A stretch of DNA of 64,000 nt, from positions 13,330,001 to 13,394,000 of the forward strand of contig JBHGNT010000005.1 of NCBI GenBank assembly GCA_043228905.1, in the 5' to 3' direction. A program made the translations under genes and the position numbers. This DNA comes from Azolla caroliniana (taxonomy: Eukaryota > Plantae > Polypodiophyta). Below the pieces are notes generated by a model that had not been told where the DNA came from, made no database searches, and worked only from the letters and a program-made list of their open reading frames with translations. The stretch's first letter is position 1. Each line of letters starts with the position of its first letter. Below are positions 63,038 through 64,000 of this stretch, piece by piece.

Positions 63038-64000
63038 GCGGGACCAGCCACCGGCGAGTGAACCCATCAGCCAACTCTCCATGCAAGCGCAACAACAGTG
63101 CACCGGCAGCCAATGGCTCCGGTGGATAGGAGACCAAATTGCCGGAGTAGTCGGATGCATAGAGGCGGAGGAAAGAGCGCAAATGGAATGGTTGCTCGTC
63201 ACAACCGATGAACTCGAGACGGCCCGGTCAAGGATCCGGTGCCTGGAACAAGACTTGGATAGGATCACAGGAGATATGGCCAAAATGGCCTTAACCGCAA
63301 CGCAGGTCCAAGCACCAGTGACTCCGGTTGATGTACAGAAGAATAAGACCCTGGAGACAGAAACGGTCCCGGAGAAAGAGGCGGCGCAAGCCCAAGAGCT
63401 TGCGGAATTACGAGATGAGCTAGCCGCACAAGAAGCATTACGGAGTCGCGAGCGCGACTTGAAGAAGGCGGCTGAAGAAGAATTAAGAAAGACTACTGAG
63501 AACCTTCGCTGTGCAGAGGAAAACCTGCGTAAAGGACATCATGCTTACGACCGGCTGAAGGAGGAAAAAGAGAAAGTGTTGCAGGAAAAAGACAAGCTGC
63601 GACGGATGGCGGAAACAGAAATCGAGCGGCTGAAGGAAGAGCTCCGGCAACAGAAGGACCGGGAGGACCGCGCGCGCCGTCAGATAAACCAAAGGCTGAA
63701 GCAGAAGACTGATGATTTCGATCATCTGCATCGAGACTACAAGCAGCTGGAGACGGAGCATCAGCAATGGATGGCTGAGCTCCGGCAAGAGGTTGATAAG
63801 GCCACAACACCACTCGCCGAAGAACGAGCGGAAAGTTCCAGGCTATTGGAGGAAGCGGTGAATGCCCGGATGGAGCTCCACAAACAGAACCATGAAGACA
63901 AGGAAAGAGCGACAATGGTACTACAGAGGTTGCAAACAACCTATCAAACTCAATTGTCGCATTATAGGGAGCAGGAGGCGGACATGGTTCGGATCATCAA

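Larger units (their letters stand above)
47620..64000 (+). mobile_element. Non-chromovirus Ty3/gypsy element F (PR-RT-RH-INT-extra ORF), host of E and A; runs off the window
   Basis: PR LLLGRPWL, RT MMFGLKTAPATFQR..FLDDF, RH VDASD..EREALG, INT HHCC and DYCTKWVEA..SDQG..NGLAE; few disablements. Confidence 0.92.
54571..64000 (+). pseudogene. Extra ORF of element F (54571-55705 joined to 63042-64000): conserved N-domain, Pro/Thr linker, long coiled coil
   Basis: One frameshift near 54925. The frame is restored across element A (..AKRR|DQPPAS..) and stays open to the window end. Confidence 0.85.

Overview
This is a gene-free, multiply nested transposable-element block from a plant nuclear genome. 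A non-seed plant such as a moss is inferred from the Tcn1-like self-priming chromovirus, the Sola-like transposase and the plant-type tRNA primer sites. I see no host protein-coding gene, rRNA, tRNA gene or CRISPR array. Contents: (i) one intact, very young Ty3/gypsy element (family A, 55706-63037; tRNA-Trp PBS, 4-bp TSD, gag-protease and RT-RNaseH-integrase ORFs linked by a candidate -1 frameshift signal), plus a second copy at the left edge and a gag-only relative; (ii) several decayed non-chromovirus Ty3 elements carrying a large extra ORF 3' of pol; (iii) a young 3-kb non-autonomous LTR element (E); (iv) two decayed chromoviruses; (v) four solo or solo-like LTRs; (vi) copia remnants; (vii) a split Sola-like transposase, a P-element-like transposase with candidate termini, and a Mutator-type MITE. 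The most striking signal is that two different LTR families carry a sense-strand copy of a tRNA-Arg 3' end (..CCCAC-GGGCGTGCCA) where the polypurine tract should be, which suggests tRNA-primed plus-strand synthesis (dual-tRNA priming). All coordinates were read by eye, and the tRNA assignments rely on recalled plant tRNA 3' ends that need checking.
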